A DNA stretch of 64,000 bases from Chrysomallon squamiferum. Its lineage: Eukaryota > Animalia > Mollusca. The stretch is taken from positions 6,758,001 to 6,822,000 of the forward strand of contig CM022679.1 in the NCBI GenBank assembly GCA_012295275.1, in the 5' to 3' direction. The number at the start of each line of letters is the position of its first letter. The stretch's first letter is position 1. Under the pieces are notes generated by a model. It saw only the letters and a list, made by a program, of their open reading frames with translations. It was not told the DNA's origin and made no database searches. Shown here piece by piece: positions 12,701-27,000 of the stretch. The position numbers and the translations under genes were made by a program.

Positions 12701-15700
12701 GAAAATTTTGAGTTTTTAAAAAGATTTTAGAATTTTATAAATTTTTAGACACAATTTTAAATATAATCAAATAGCTTAGTTCAATTATACACATTTTGTA
12801 TTAATATAAGCAAATAATGTTTAATCTTATTATTTTCTATTTTCAGTGTGTGGCTTGTATTAGGGAGCAAGTACGACCCAGCTATAGAAAAACCAGTAAC
12901 TAATGAAGGATTCAACGGTTGGATAAGCCAACTAGTGATTTATAATCGTGTCCTCGATTTCAGTACAGAAGTTCAGCAATCTCTAGACTTTCCCCAAAAA
13001 TTGTTTAAAGATTACATCTTTGTTTGGAATGAATTTGTACGTTCAGCTGGGGTAAAGATGACTATTCCTTCTACAGTTAAAAAGCCCTATGAATCCTGTC
13101 CACGAGGTTTTTCAGGAGCACCAGCCTGCAAACAAGCAGACCCACGTAAGATGACTAACTTCTGAAAATCTATTCCTTATCATTGTGTGAAAGAAAACAA
13201 CAACTGCTGCTGACTTTTTAAAATATGATTAATTATTTTGATACAAATATTGTGGTTGATTAATTAATTAATAATGCTCAGTATGAATATGTTAATGTTA
13301 AAAAATACATTAATTTTTTAAATAGAATATTTCATTTTTACTTTTGATTTATCATATGTGACTATTTATAAAAGTAAATATTCTTCCCTGCTTTTTCAAA
13401 TATTTTTGTTTTACAAATATAATAATAATTAAAATATTTACAGAAAAAATAATGGTTTTGCCTACATCTTGTCCATCTGATGTCAAGAAACTGGGAAATT
13501 CACGAATCACATATGTTACATGGAATGAACCAAAGTTTGTTGGAGAAGCTAGTGTTGTCAAGAAGAGTTACAGCTCTGGTAAATATATTAACTTTTTTCA
13601 CTCACTATTTTACAGTATTAAATACTGATTAGCAACATAAACTAGCAACATTCAAAGAACACCTAATAAAAATAACAACAGCATTGTAGTGTGTGTGTGG
13701 AATCAAGTCAACTATTTGGTAATCCACATTTTGTGGGCATGACACATACTATACAAAATGTTATATTTGATACATGTAGAAGAAATTTTTATTCTTAAAA
13801 TATTTTGTATTATATAGATTAATATTCAAAGTATTTTTTGCAGGTGATGCTTTCCTGTGGGGGAAATATCTTGTTGTGTATGTAGCTGAGAACAGTGCAG
13901 GAAACAAAGGACTTTGCAGCTTCAAAGTTTTTGTACAGTGTAAGTTTATTTTTTTCATATAACTGTCTGAATTTATTGAAAACACTTCTATCCAGTGTTC
14001 TTTTTATAAATTAGTTTTGTCAGTTTCAAATAAATGATTAGATTGTTGAGAATATCATGTCTGAGCTTTCACAAACTGATTCAGTTGAATTCTATCTTTT
14101 GCAAAAATCTTCTTTAAATTATAATTTCATTGTTTTTTTGTTTTTTTTAAATCAGCTCTGATAAAAACAGGTTATACAAAAATTCATGCAGGTTATAATG
14201 TTTCATTAAATATTAATAAAAATATAAAAGGCATTTTATTTGTAGCAGAAATAAATGGTTAATGATAGTTTTAAAGAAACAACATGGCTATCTAAAACAA
14301 ATAATAATAATAATAAAATTAAAATTAATATAAATTAGTGAACGTGACAATCAGAAATATATTTGATATGTTGCATCTATATATATATATGCAGCTAATA
14401 TGTCATATTTTGTTCAATTATTCATAGATCGAAATTGTCCAAAGCCACCTAACCCATATCAGGGTATTGCATCATATGGCAATTCTCTGCAAAAATATTA
14501 CTATACCAGTATCAATTGCAATGATAACAAAGCTGTGGTGAGGCCAGTTCCAAAAACATACACATGTGGTCGTATTGGCAGTTGGAACCCACCAAAAAAG
14601 TTTCTCCATTTTAGACTGCCACCTTGTGGAGGCAAGTTCAAATTATATTTTTAATCTATAAGTATGTGTGTATCAATATCAGTGTAGATCTGTGTTTGTT
14701 TGTGAGTTGTATGTCTATTTGTATGTTTGCGTGTTAAGAGTAAATGTTGTGTATGTCTGTTGCTGTTTCATGTTACAAAATAAATTTTTATAGTTTCTTA
14801 TTATGATTTCTGGTTTAATATATTATTTAAAGAAGGTTAAATGAAGAAATATGTAAAATTTTGTTTTAAAATTTCTTTATATTTACAGTGAAAAAAATGA
14901 ATAATTTGCGAACAGTGAAAATAAAGCTTGTTTACATTGTGGGAACATCAAACTGTGAAGGAGTTAAGACAACTCTGGAACAGGAAATTAGAAAAAAAAT
15001 CATGCAGCTGAATAACAAATGGCCAAATCTTTGCCAAAGGACAAACTGTGATGATGTGGTTGTTAGTATAAAATGTGGAACAAACCTCATCACAGGAAGA
15101 AGGAGAAAAGAGCTACCAATGATGTCATTGCTTACATTACATTACCACAAGCAAAGTAAGTTCTTTAAATTAAATTTTCTATAAATACTCTCTCTCAGTA
15201 TATGTATATATATGTGTACACACACACTCACACACACAAACACACATGTGCATGCAACACACACACATTTACATTATCTATTTTGGATTTGGGTATAAAT
15301 TTGTTATAACAAAAGAATAATTTATATAGTAATTACTTTTGTCTACATTTTGCAAGTACAGTCCCATCTTGCTGCAACTGGCACAGAATTAGTCTACATA
15401 ATAATTGTATTTCTTTGAAGTCTTAATGAGCAGTGATGCTGTACTTCTTATAACTACTATATGCAGCTAGATAAATGAGATTATTATCAGTATGTGTTAA
15501 TGAATTCACTCATTTGGATTTAGCATCAAAGGTAGTGACATTGTTAAATACATATGACACATATCTTACTGAATTTGTAATGCAAAAGTGACCTAAAAAA
15601 CAGCAACAAATCAAACTTACATTGCACTCCTATGTAAAATTAATAAAAGAGTTTACATCAAATTTGCTAACCAAACAGAAAGATTTAGCCACACAATTTA

Positions 15701-17951
15701 AGAAAAGAAGACATTCTTAAATATTTTAATCATTACTGGCAATAGTATGAAACCAGCATTTTGGAAGAGAGAAAACAAGTAATGACTGGCAAGTTCAAAA
15801 ATCTTAATGGATTCTTGCATCAGTGGCACATGTCATTGGACCCAGGTGAAAACAATTTTGACACACATACAAAAACACATAATATATATTAATGTATATT
15901 TATATCAGTCTCATGTCATCCACATTTATCTCCCTCTGTATATTTTTGGTTATGACATTATCTGAATATACTGTTCCCTGTAAATTTTGGGATAAAACAT
16001 TTCCATTTCCCTTTATACATATGTTTTTTTTAAATGTCATGTGAATAATAATGATTTATATTTCACAAATGTTTTTAATCAGAATGATTCAGTCAGTTAT
16101 TGTAATTACTGAAATATACTGGTAGGATATTTAATGTTAAAAAATAGAAGTAAAATGTCTGATTTTTAACTCACTCTGCTTTGTAGTATTTGTTTTATAC
16201 TATGTTGAATAAATGTTATTGCACTATGGTTGATCAAAACCATGGATGCCAAAACTGAAGATATTCAAATGAAAATGTATAATGAATATATTCATTTAAA
16301 GTATGTTAATGAAATAAATCTGTTTATGGATTTTCTGTTTGGTTTCAGTGTCACTGTGACATCTACATCTGGAGAAACACTGCCTGCTACTGATGTGCTA
16401 AAACGTAGCATTTTCACTGATAATGACTTTGACTTCAGTGTGAGTTTAGTTTTCAGTACCTTCTTATCTCTCATTGCTCTATAAATTTTGTACATTTAAA
16501 TTCAAGTTAGATCAGAGTTGTATTTCGTAATTTAAATCTACATAAAACAACATTTTAATAAATAGTATATGTTTTCTTTTTATTAAAATTTACAATTTTT
16601 AGGGGAAAAAATCTTAATACCTGATATTTCTACATAGTTAATACTTCCATCTGTTTTATAAATTATTAATATTAAAAAATGATTTGTTCCCAACTTAAAT
16701 ATAGAATTAATATTTAAGAAAATATTTTTTAATTTAAATCAAATACACGATTACTTAAAATGAATCAGTTGTTGATGTGAGTTATGTAAAAAAATTTCAC
16801 TGTTTTTATTTATTTATTTATTTATTTACTTATTTGGTTATGCACACATACATGTATATAATCAAAATTCTTACAGAATTTAATTTCAAATGGCATTCCA
16901 CTAAGTCATGAAGTTGTTATCACAGCTGACCTTGCTTGTCCATCTGGTCAGGCTCTTGTTCAGCAAGAATGTGGTGAGTACTGTGATAAATTAATTGTTT
17001 GTTCTTCATAATCAAACATTTAAATATGTCCATATTTATTTCAGATTATGTTCACTGGATCAGAATTGCTAATGCTTTTTCTGATGTCTTTGATTTTAAT
17101 TACAAGTATAAAGCTTCCAGCATGTCAGAAAATTATATTTATGTTCAGATTAACCATTTTAGATGAAAGTGATGAGTAAGGAAAACACAAGTAGTGATAT
17201 ATGTTTGTGTAGAAGGCAATGATTGTTCTAGCTAAGTAAATTAAGAAGTATTCAGCTGATGCTGAAATCTGTCCAGTTCATGATTAGGGATAAAGTAACT
17301 TGAATATATAAAGTTAAACCACTGCACATTATAGAAATAATAAATAACTATTTTGAGTTGTCTCCCCAAAAAGTAAGATCACAGAAAATACACCAGCCTG
17401 CAGTTACCAACTGTCTTGTATTAGTGTCAGTGTCATGTGTTGAAAATGTTTTAAATTATGTACATGACATATTACTTTTCTTTGTTTTGCCAGATATAAT
17501 ACTAATAAAAAATAATAATAATAATAAAAAATGCATTAAACAAAAAACAAAAAAACAAACATAAATTTTCTACTAAATTTATCACTTTATGAATTTTTAA
17601 AATATTATATATTTTGTATATACATGATTTTTATAAAGCAAATAGAGAGATTTAATTTTAAAGACTCTGTGTGGTAGAAAATATGCTGTAGATAATAGTT
17701 CATTTTTTTATTTTTCAGTGGAATGTGCCCCAGGTACATTCTACAACAGTGTAACCAAGACCTGTGATGACTGTCCAGTAGGTCAGTATCAGACATTAGC
17801 TGGTCAAACATCTTGTACACCATGTGATTCTGGAAAAACTACAGAGCTGCCAGGATCAAACACCAAAACTAACTGTAAAGGTATGAAAGCTTTGTTTTTT
17901 AAAATATATTTTCAGAATATTACATATAATTATGATTTTTTAATTTAAAAG

Positions 17952-18004
<53 letters not shown>

Positions 18005-21000
18005 AAATTTGGAGTTTTTTAAATCAGGATATGAACAAAAAAAAAAAAAAAAAAAAAATATTCATTTTCATTTATTACTATCATCTTTTGTCACAGATTA
18101 AGTTTTAAATGAAACCAAAAAATACAAACAAAACTGGAAATAAGTATATAATATTTTTTCTGGTGTAATTCTCTGACTGGAAAAATAAAAATATTAGAAT
18201 GACTTGAGAACTGTAACAACTGTAATAAAAAGGTTGCAGTTGTGTTCTTTGGATGAATGGATATATTGTCTCTGGTTACCTGCAAAATATAAATCAGCAC
18301 GTGAAAAACATCAACAATTTTGATATGTTCCACTTGTTGTGAACTTTGATAGCTAATAAAATACTAAATTAAATTATGACAGCAGATTCGTTTCTGAAGT
18401 CTGTCAAAATATTTCAGCATTATTTTATTTTCATAATTTTTACTTTTCAGCTTCATGTCAGCCTGGAGAATATTTTAACTCTACTTCTAACAAATGTGAA
18501 AAATGTGATTATGGATTCTACCAAAGTTCACCAGGTCAGTTCTACTGTGAGCCATGTGTTGTGGAAAACACTACAAGGGCTCAAGGATCTACAAGTGAAT
18601 CTGACTGTTACAGTAAGTTTATGAGGTTTCTTAATTACTAGTTTAAATTTTTTTTTCTTCTAAAATTGAGAATTAATTTTATTGAATAATCTTTGATTTA
18701 TATTATGAAATTTAGTGAAATATTTCTGAATAAAATAATTTGTTTTTAGATGACTGTCCACCAGGTAAAGAAATTTCTCAAGACGGATCATGTCAGCCCT
18801 GTCCTATTGGAAAGTACAGAACAGCCAATGATCGCACCTGTGTGAAATGTCCTGAAACAAAGACAACAAATGAAACAGGAGCATCTTCTCCATTAATGTG
18901 TAATGTTGGTAAGAAGCAGTGTTTGATCAGATTAGCTAAATCTGAAAGGAAATTGTTTGATAAAAAAGTATTAAAAGTTAGTTTTCATCATTAAACAAGA
19001 AAATTTAAAAGATTATGAATAAATATCATTAATTAAATGTCAGATTTACAAATATTTCTTTTATTCCTCTCTATGAAAGACATTGAAAAGAAAGTACAAA
19101 ACAATAAACTTTTTTTTAACTAGGTGACTGTCAGCCAGGTTTCTACAGAAACATATCCAATCAGCTGGAGTGTTTGAAATGTGAACTGGGCACCTATCAA
19201 GATAAACCTAATCAGTATCAGTGTGTATCATGTGGAGGAGAAAGATTTACAACTTTATCTCAAGCTTCTTCTAAAGCTGAAGACTGCAAATGTAAGTTTG
19301 ACTGTTTTAATTTTAGCATGCATGCTGAGAAAATATTTTTACATAGCTAATTTCATATTTTACTAAATGTATTGAAATTGGGTTTTCTCTCTTTCTCTCT
19401 CTTCTTTCTTTCTCTGCCTCTCACTGTCTCTTCCTCTCTCAATTTTGTTTAAAACTGTCTGAATTTAATTACAGATACTAGCAGTATCATACTATTTTAT
19501 TCAGATCTGTTATTGACTTAAAGATAACATTGGAATAGACAGTAAATTGCTAAAGAAATAATTATATATCAAATACAAAATCAAGAAGAAGATCAGTTCA
19601 CTGCACCTATTAAATATTTAACAATGTCATAGAAATGTTATCAGTATTGGAAGATCCTTTCTAATCATCTGAAGTTCAAACTAGTATTTCCATAATTCAA
19701 ACTTTTTTTCTTTTGGATAAGTTCAGAAGCAGCTATTTTGTTAAATGTGTTAAATATTTATTACATGGAAGGCAGACTGTTGATTTATAAATCATGTAGA
19801 TTTTCATTCATTTTCATGTTTTTTTCCGATTGTAGTTCTAATTTTCTTCTATTCTTTCAGGAAATATAACTTATTGTCATTCTTGTCTTATTATTATATA
19901 TTAGTTTATTTTTATTAAATATCTGTGTATCTGTAACATAACTGATTTTTTGTTTTTTTCTCTCAGTTTTCTGTCCTGATGGTGAAGAACAGCTTGACCC
20001 GACTAAAAACCTGTGCACATCGTGTGAAATTGGTTTTTATCGAAACAGCACTGGACAGTTTCAATTTGATAAATGTCAGCAGTGTCCCAACAGTCACAGA
20101 ACACCTTCAAAAGGATCAGTTTCTGTGGCTCAGTGCACTATATGTATGTTTTTCTTTATGTATTCATCCTTAATTTAATAAAGCATTATTTAACGACAAA
20201 AAATCTTTATAGATTCATTTCCTATCAGTAAACACCTTTATACAACCCAGATGTAAAATTTGAGAAAGTATTTACACAAGTATTTGATAGAGAGAAAAAT
20301 ATAATATGTTGGAAGGAATTAGTTTAAAAAATTAAAGAATTATTTCTATTGTTTCCTAGATATTGAACATAAATTTTGGTCTCCTTTCACTGTCATATAC
20401 AATATTTTAAGAATTACATTTGAAAACATTATGTTAACCTTAAAAACGTTTGGGGTTTGGTTTTTTTTTTCATTTATTTGTATTATTAAATATTTAACCT
20501 ATTGCCTAAATGATTAGTGAGTTGTTAATTTTATTTAACGACAATTTTAAATCAGTTTTTTTCACCAGCCATTTATCAATGATTTTTTCCTGTTATTAAG
20601 AAATGAGAAATCATAATTTTAAATAAATTATTGAAGTGATTACCTTTTTTTTCAGACAAATGTGCTGCAGGTGAAGAGCCAACATCAGATAACAAAGCCT
20701 GTAAAAAATGTGACACTGGATATTATCAAGAACTTCCAGATCAAACATCCTGCAAACAATGTGAGAATGGAACCAGTACCAAGCAGACTGGATCAACTAA
20801 TAAAACACAGTGTGAAAGTAAATTATTTGTTTTGTTTTAGTAATAAAGGGTTAATTTGTTTCAAGGAAAAATATTAGGTTTTATTACAAATGTTTCCGCA
20901 AAATAGCAATTATAGTTTTAGTAAATGATATTATAATATATATATATATTTGTGTATTTATTTTAAGATATAATAAATACATCTGTTTTTTCTTGCAGAA

Positions 21001-24000
21001 TATTGTCCCTCTGGCTATGAAAAAGATACAAATGAAGAATGCCAGCCCTGTCCACTCGGGTTTTACAAGGACAATACCATTGACATGTTTGGCAACTGTA
21101 CTCAGTGTGGAAAGAACATGGGTGAAGCTCCAGTATCAAACCCTGACTTTGTAACTGAAACAGCAGCATCAATATCTGCTTCAAACTGCACTGTTCGTAA
21201 GTATTCTTATGAATATTATTTTAAAAAGAAACATCAGCAATAAAAAAAACTTATAAAAAATAGTTGTGAAAATATTTCCTTTCACTGTCTGTGTCACAAA
21301 GAAAAAATCCCATAAAACAAAAACTGAAATAATATCTATATTTAAGAAATGAACATACTTTTTTCAGAATAATCTGAATTTAATTGTTTGCAATAAATAA
21401 AAATAAGAAAAAAACTGAACCATCAAACAAGTAAAAGTCTAAACTAATTTTAAAACAATATATTTTGTTTCCTTGATTTGCATTAATTTGTTGTAATGTT
21501 TGAAAGAAATTAATTCTCATTCCTGGATTTCAGCAGTTTACCTGCTAACATTACTTACCTATAACAATCATATATTACTACAACAGTAAAATAAGATTAC
21601 TGATATTATTATTAATCATTGTCCATTCATTTACAAATATTTACCAATCTTCACTTAAAAATCTTTCAATATTAATACAGTATTTACCATGACTATCAAA
21701 TAATTAATAAATAATTTAAGTTAGCATTATTGTGATCACAAAATAAATACTTGTGTTACATTAGTCAGATATTAAATCTAAACCAGTTAATTATGAATTA
21801 CTTCATCACTTGAGTACTTCTGTTGCAGGAAACTGCATTGCTGGTTCTAAGATCAAGTCTGATGACAGTGGTTGTGACATTTGTCCACGTGGCCAGTATC
21901 AACCAAAGCCTTATCAGAAACAATGTTTGAATTGTTCAAACAAACATTCCACCAAACAAGAAGGTTCAAAGCTGGAAGCAGATTGTTTGGGTAGGTAAAC
22001 CTTTAACCTTGTAGAAAAATACTGTATTTATTATAGAATAAATCATTGGCACAGTGTCATTTGCATTGAAAATGTCTTGTGTAATGGTATAAATGAGTCT
22101 TTCATATATTGCTATGTCATCAACTGGTACGATACAAATTATCCAGATAAACAGTTATAGCTGTTAAATTCATATTAGTGACTTTAGCTATGGAAAAATA
22201 ATTTTATTCTGTAAAGAATTTCTTATATATTGTTTTGGGAGGTTTTCATGGATGGAAGATTTTTTTCTTTCTTTAAACGTTATTCAATAAATTTATAATA
22301 ATATGTTTCCAGATATTTTAACTAAATATAACAACCAAATATGTTTAAAATTTTGTAGATCAACATTAAAATTATAATTATTCAGTATTTAACTGAATAA
22401 ATATAACTGAAATAACTGATATAACTGAAAAAAGATGTTCATTAAACCACTTTTTACATTTTTATTTACTTACAACTATTGCTAATGATAAAATTTTTTA
22501 ATTTGTTTTAATAATTGATTTACCATATTCATTTCCAGCTTATTGTGATCCTGGTTATGAAAAAAATCCAGAGACCGGTTTGTGTGAAATTTGTGATCGA
22601 GGTTATTTCAAAGACAATAATGTTGATGTGTTCTCCATGTGTACAGTTTGTTCAAACTCATCCTATATTACTGCAGGGAAAGGGGCCACATCAGAATCAC
22701 AATGTACTGTTGGTGAGTGCTGGTTCCTGGGACAAATTTATATATACATTTTGTACCTTTATTATTTATAACATCAAAAGCATTGGTGAGCTAGTTTATT
22801 TAAAGTTATTGAACATCCATGCTAATCAGCATCAATTTATGTTTGCTCTTATTATCATTTTGATACATACTGTGAAGGTGAATGTGTCTAAAAGGCTTAA
22901 AATATACAACAGGTGTAACTTTTATCTACTGTGATTTTCAGAAAATTGCACTGCTGGTTATTATCTTGAAAGTGATAAATGCAAAATCTGTCCCAAGGGA
23001 ACTTACTCTGACACAAAATGGAGTGGCAGCTGTACTCACTGTGACAAAGATAAAACAACTCTAAACGAAGGCTCAACTAGTGTAACAGACTGTATATGTA
23101 AGTTTATTTTCTAAATTAGATTCTCTTTATTTGTATACTTAATTATTCTCCTTTTCTTTCTTTTTTTCCTTACTGAGTTTATTTATTGTAAGTGAGGTTA
23201 AAATAAAAAAAGCAGAATTTTTTTTTTTTTTTTTAATATGTATTGTTCCTTTTTTTGTTTAGAATAGGTGTTTCTTGTATGTTTCTAATATATTTTATTT
23301 TTATTTATTTATTTGTCTGTCTATCTATTTTTTTCTCATTTCTGATTTCTTTTTTTGAATTCTTATTCTAATGGTTTCTTAAAATACATTAATAATTTCA
23401 TTAACGTAATATTCTTTCTAATAGTAATAATCATAAAATAAAACAAATAATTTAACAACAAGGAATAGGGAATTCATTTTGTTCTGCAGTGTTAGCATTA
23501 ATATTTTTCAGTCAGTTAATGCATGATTAATATTTCAGTGTCCTGTCCATCAGGAAAAGAAGATGAGGGTGGAGCTTGTGTTCCTTGTAAAAAAGGTTTT
23601 TACAAAGAAGTTACCAAGGCAGCTAAGTGTACACCATGTCCATTAAACAAAACCACAGCAGAAGAAGGTTCAACACTGGCTTCTGATTGCAATGTCGGTA
23701 AGTATATTTAGTTTTTTTTATTCCAAAAGTAACTAATAAGTAAGAGATAAATTCTAAAAATATGTGAATTTTTCCAACTTAAATTAATTACAAATACTGA
23801 TAGGATCCATTGCCATTTTATTTAGTATAAAATTAGAATGTCTGTATAAAGACTTATAGTATGTAGTTGTCATAAAGCTGTAATATTTGGACAAATGTTG
23901 ATAGTATGTAGTTATCATATATTGATGGTATGTAGTTATCATGAAGCTGCAAAGTCTGTACAAATACTGAAATTATGAAGTTATCATATATTGATGGTAT

Positions 24001-27000
24001 GTAGTTGTCATGAAACTGCAATGTTTGTACAAATACTGATAGTATGTGGTTCTCACGTACAAGTTTTTATATAGTATGCAGTTGTTATGGGGTTAATGTT
24101 TGTATAAAGATGATTATTAATTTCACATGTAACAGAAATGTAATTCAACATTTCACGTTTTAATAATAAATACCTTTTCTGTAAAAACAAATAAGTTTTA
24201 GTAAATAGTTGAAGAAACTCCACAACTTACATTAGCTTGACCATGTTACATGAATTTCAGTTTTCAAATCTGAGTAAAGAAAAAATAATTTAATTATTTA
24301 TTTATATATTATTATTATTTTACTTTTTTTTTTTTTTTTTTGTTCCAGTTATACTGTAATTAATTACTCACTATTGACTTTTTGTTAATTTCTTCTCTCT
24401 TTTAAAAAAAAAAAAAATAGTTGGCTGTTTGCCTGGTTATTTCCGAAATAATAATGACTGTTTGGAATGTGATTATGGTTTTTATCAGCCTGACAAATGG
24501 CAAGATAAATGTCTACAATGTGAAACATCATTCACTACATATAAAAAGGGGGCTACAAATTCCAGTGAATGTTTGCGTAAGTATCTAATATCACATCTTT
24601 TTGTAGATTAATTTGTGAAATGGCTTCCTGAAGCAAGAATTCAAATATTATGTTTTATGGAAACTTTTCTATAGGAAATGCAATTTCTTTATTTTTTTCC
24701 AGACAAGAATTAAAATTATGTATCAGAATGCTTGAACATTTCTTGAAAGTTAATTTCTCAATACTGCTTTGAATTATTTAATACTTTTTTACTTGAACTG
24801 ACTCTATAATTTAAAAAATCAATAAACATTAAAATAATTATTCATCTGATTTTATAGTTGTATACAACAAAAACTAATGCAGTGAAATTTATTATTGTTA
24901 ATAATGTACTAAACTGCTTAGTAACTAATATTAGATACTTATACATATTTTTCCATTACAGCTAAATGCAAAGCTGGTGAGGAGATAGTCAACCAGGTTT
25001 GTACTCCATGTCAACGTGGCTATTACCAGGACAACCAGAACAAAGAGAATTACATGTGTACATTGTGTCCTGTTGAGTTTATTACTGTTGGTACAGGAGC
25101 TACAAGTAAATCTGACTGTTCTATAGGTAAGAATTTGTAATAAGCAAATAATTTTATTATAAATGAGTTTTGAAATAACAAAATGTTCATTTAATGTACA
25201 ATTTTCTAAAAGTTAGGTCTTAAATTATTACTTTTATGGTAGTTACTACTGTTCCTTTGTTATAAGAACTGTTCATTTCATACAATGAAATTTTGGAAAT
25301 GATAGCTGAAAATGGAAACCTTTCATTAAATTTAAATGTTGACAGTTTTAGAGATTTCAAACAACATTATTAATAATATATATCAGGTTGTGAGCAAAAC
25401 ATTGTAAATAAGTAGCACAGGTAATGTATTTAGAAAGTAAGCAGTATATAGAGAATTATCACTTATAATATTTTAATATATTTTAACATTTTACAGCAAA
25501 CTGCACAACCCCTGGTTACTACAGAAATCGTTTTACTAATCAGTGTACAAAGTGTGATCGAGGCAGCTATCAGAATGAAAAATGGATGGAGTCCTGTATC
25601 CATTGTTCAAACAATTATACAACTAAAGAGAAAGGAAGTACATCAGCTGCAAGTTGTCTTCGTATGTTGATGGATTTTTTTGTTTTCTTTTATCTGAATA
25701 AAAAGACTGTAAAAGAAAGAGGTTTGAAACATTAAGTGTGACAATTACTGGAAACATTATGCTTTTGTGGACTGACATTTTTGTTCAGTTTTTGTGAAAA
25801 TTTTAAAATAATTACTAACAGAAATGATGTTAATTTTGTACTTGCTTGCCACTTAGAATAAAAACAGAACAAACAGACATGAATGACAGAGAATAAAAAC
25901 AGAACAAACAGACATGAATGACAGTTAATGTTATGCTTCTAACAAAGTTTATCTTGTCTAGGGATGAAATTTCAACAGAACATTTTACAATAGCATTTAC
26001 AGGTTACATAACTTGATAAAATTTAATAACAATTTGTCAAAAAAATGTATGTTTTAACTTAATATCCAGTATTAATAAAGTCAGTTTATAGTTATAAATT
26101 ATTTAAAGATTTTATTTCTTTATAAATTGTTTTGAAATCAGTTGTCATTGTTTTAGAAGAAATTTGTTCTGCCATTGAGAAGTAATCAGTTTTGTGGAGT
26201 AATTTGGTTTCAGTAACAAAAATCAAATTTTAACTTTCTACAATTTAAGGTAATTGTCCATCTGGGCAGGAACTCGATGAAGTTAATGACCGTTGTGTGG
26301 ACTGTCCAGTTGGTACATACCGTGATAGTTCCAAGACCTGGAAATGTGCTAATTGTACCAATGGCTTGACCACACAAGGAACAAAAGCTGTTTCAGTTAA
26401 TGAATGTTCTGTTTGTAAGTATTTATCAAAATATATATTTTTTTTAAATAATATAATTAGAGTCTTGACAACTTTACAATCATTATTATACCATTTAAAA
26501 GCCAAAAAAGATTTTATGGTTCATATAAAGTAATTGAGAATATTTTCTGCAATATGCAATGGATATATTGTAATTATTATCATCCTGTGTATATAGGTAT
26601 TAGAAAATCAGAATCATCCATATGTGTTGTTTTTATATGATTTAGTTGTTTTTATTTTGTATTATATGGGGTATTTGGATAATAATACTGATTTAATCTC
26701 ATTTCAATTAAATTTCAATCTTTTTTCAGCACCATGCACTGCAGGTCAGTATTTCAGTCGTACTAAAAATTCCTGTGAGTTGTGTCCTAAAGATACATAT
26801 CAACCTGCTGCAAATTCTTTTTCATGTGAGTCTTGTCCAGGAGGATATTTTACAAATGGAACTGGCAAGACATCAAGATCTGACTGTAAAGGTATAAATT
26901 CATATGTTGACTTCAAATCAAACTATAATGTATAATTTAAAATATCATATCTCATAGTAATTAATGAAAGCAAAAATCATTTTAATAAAAATAAAAAAAA

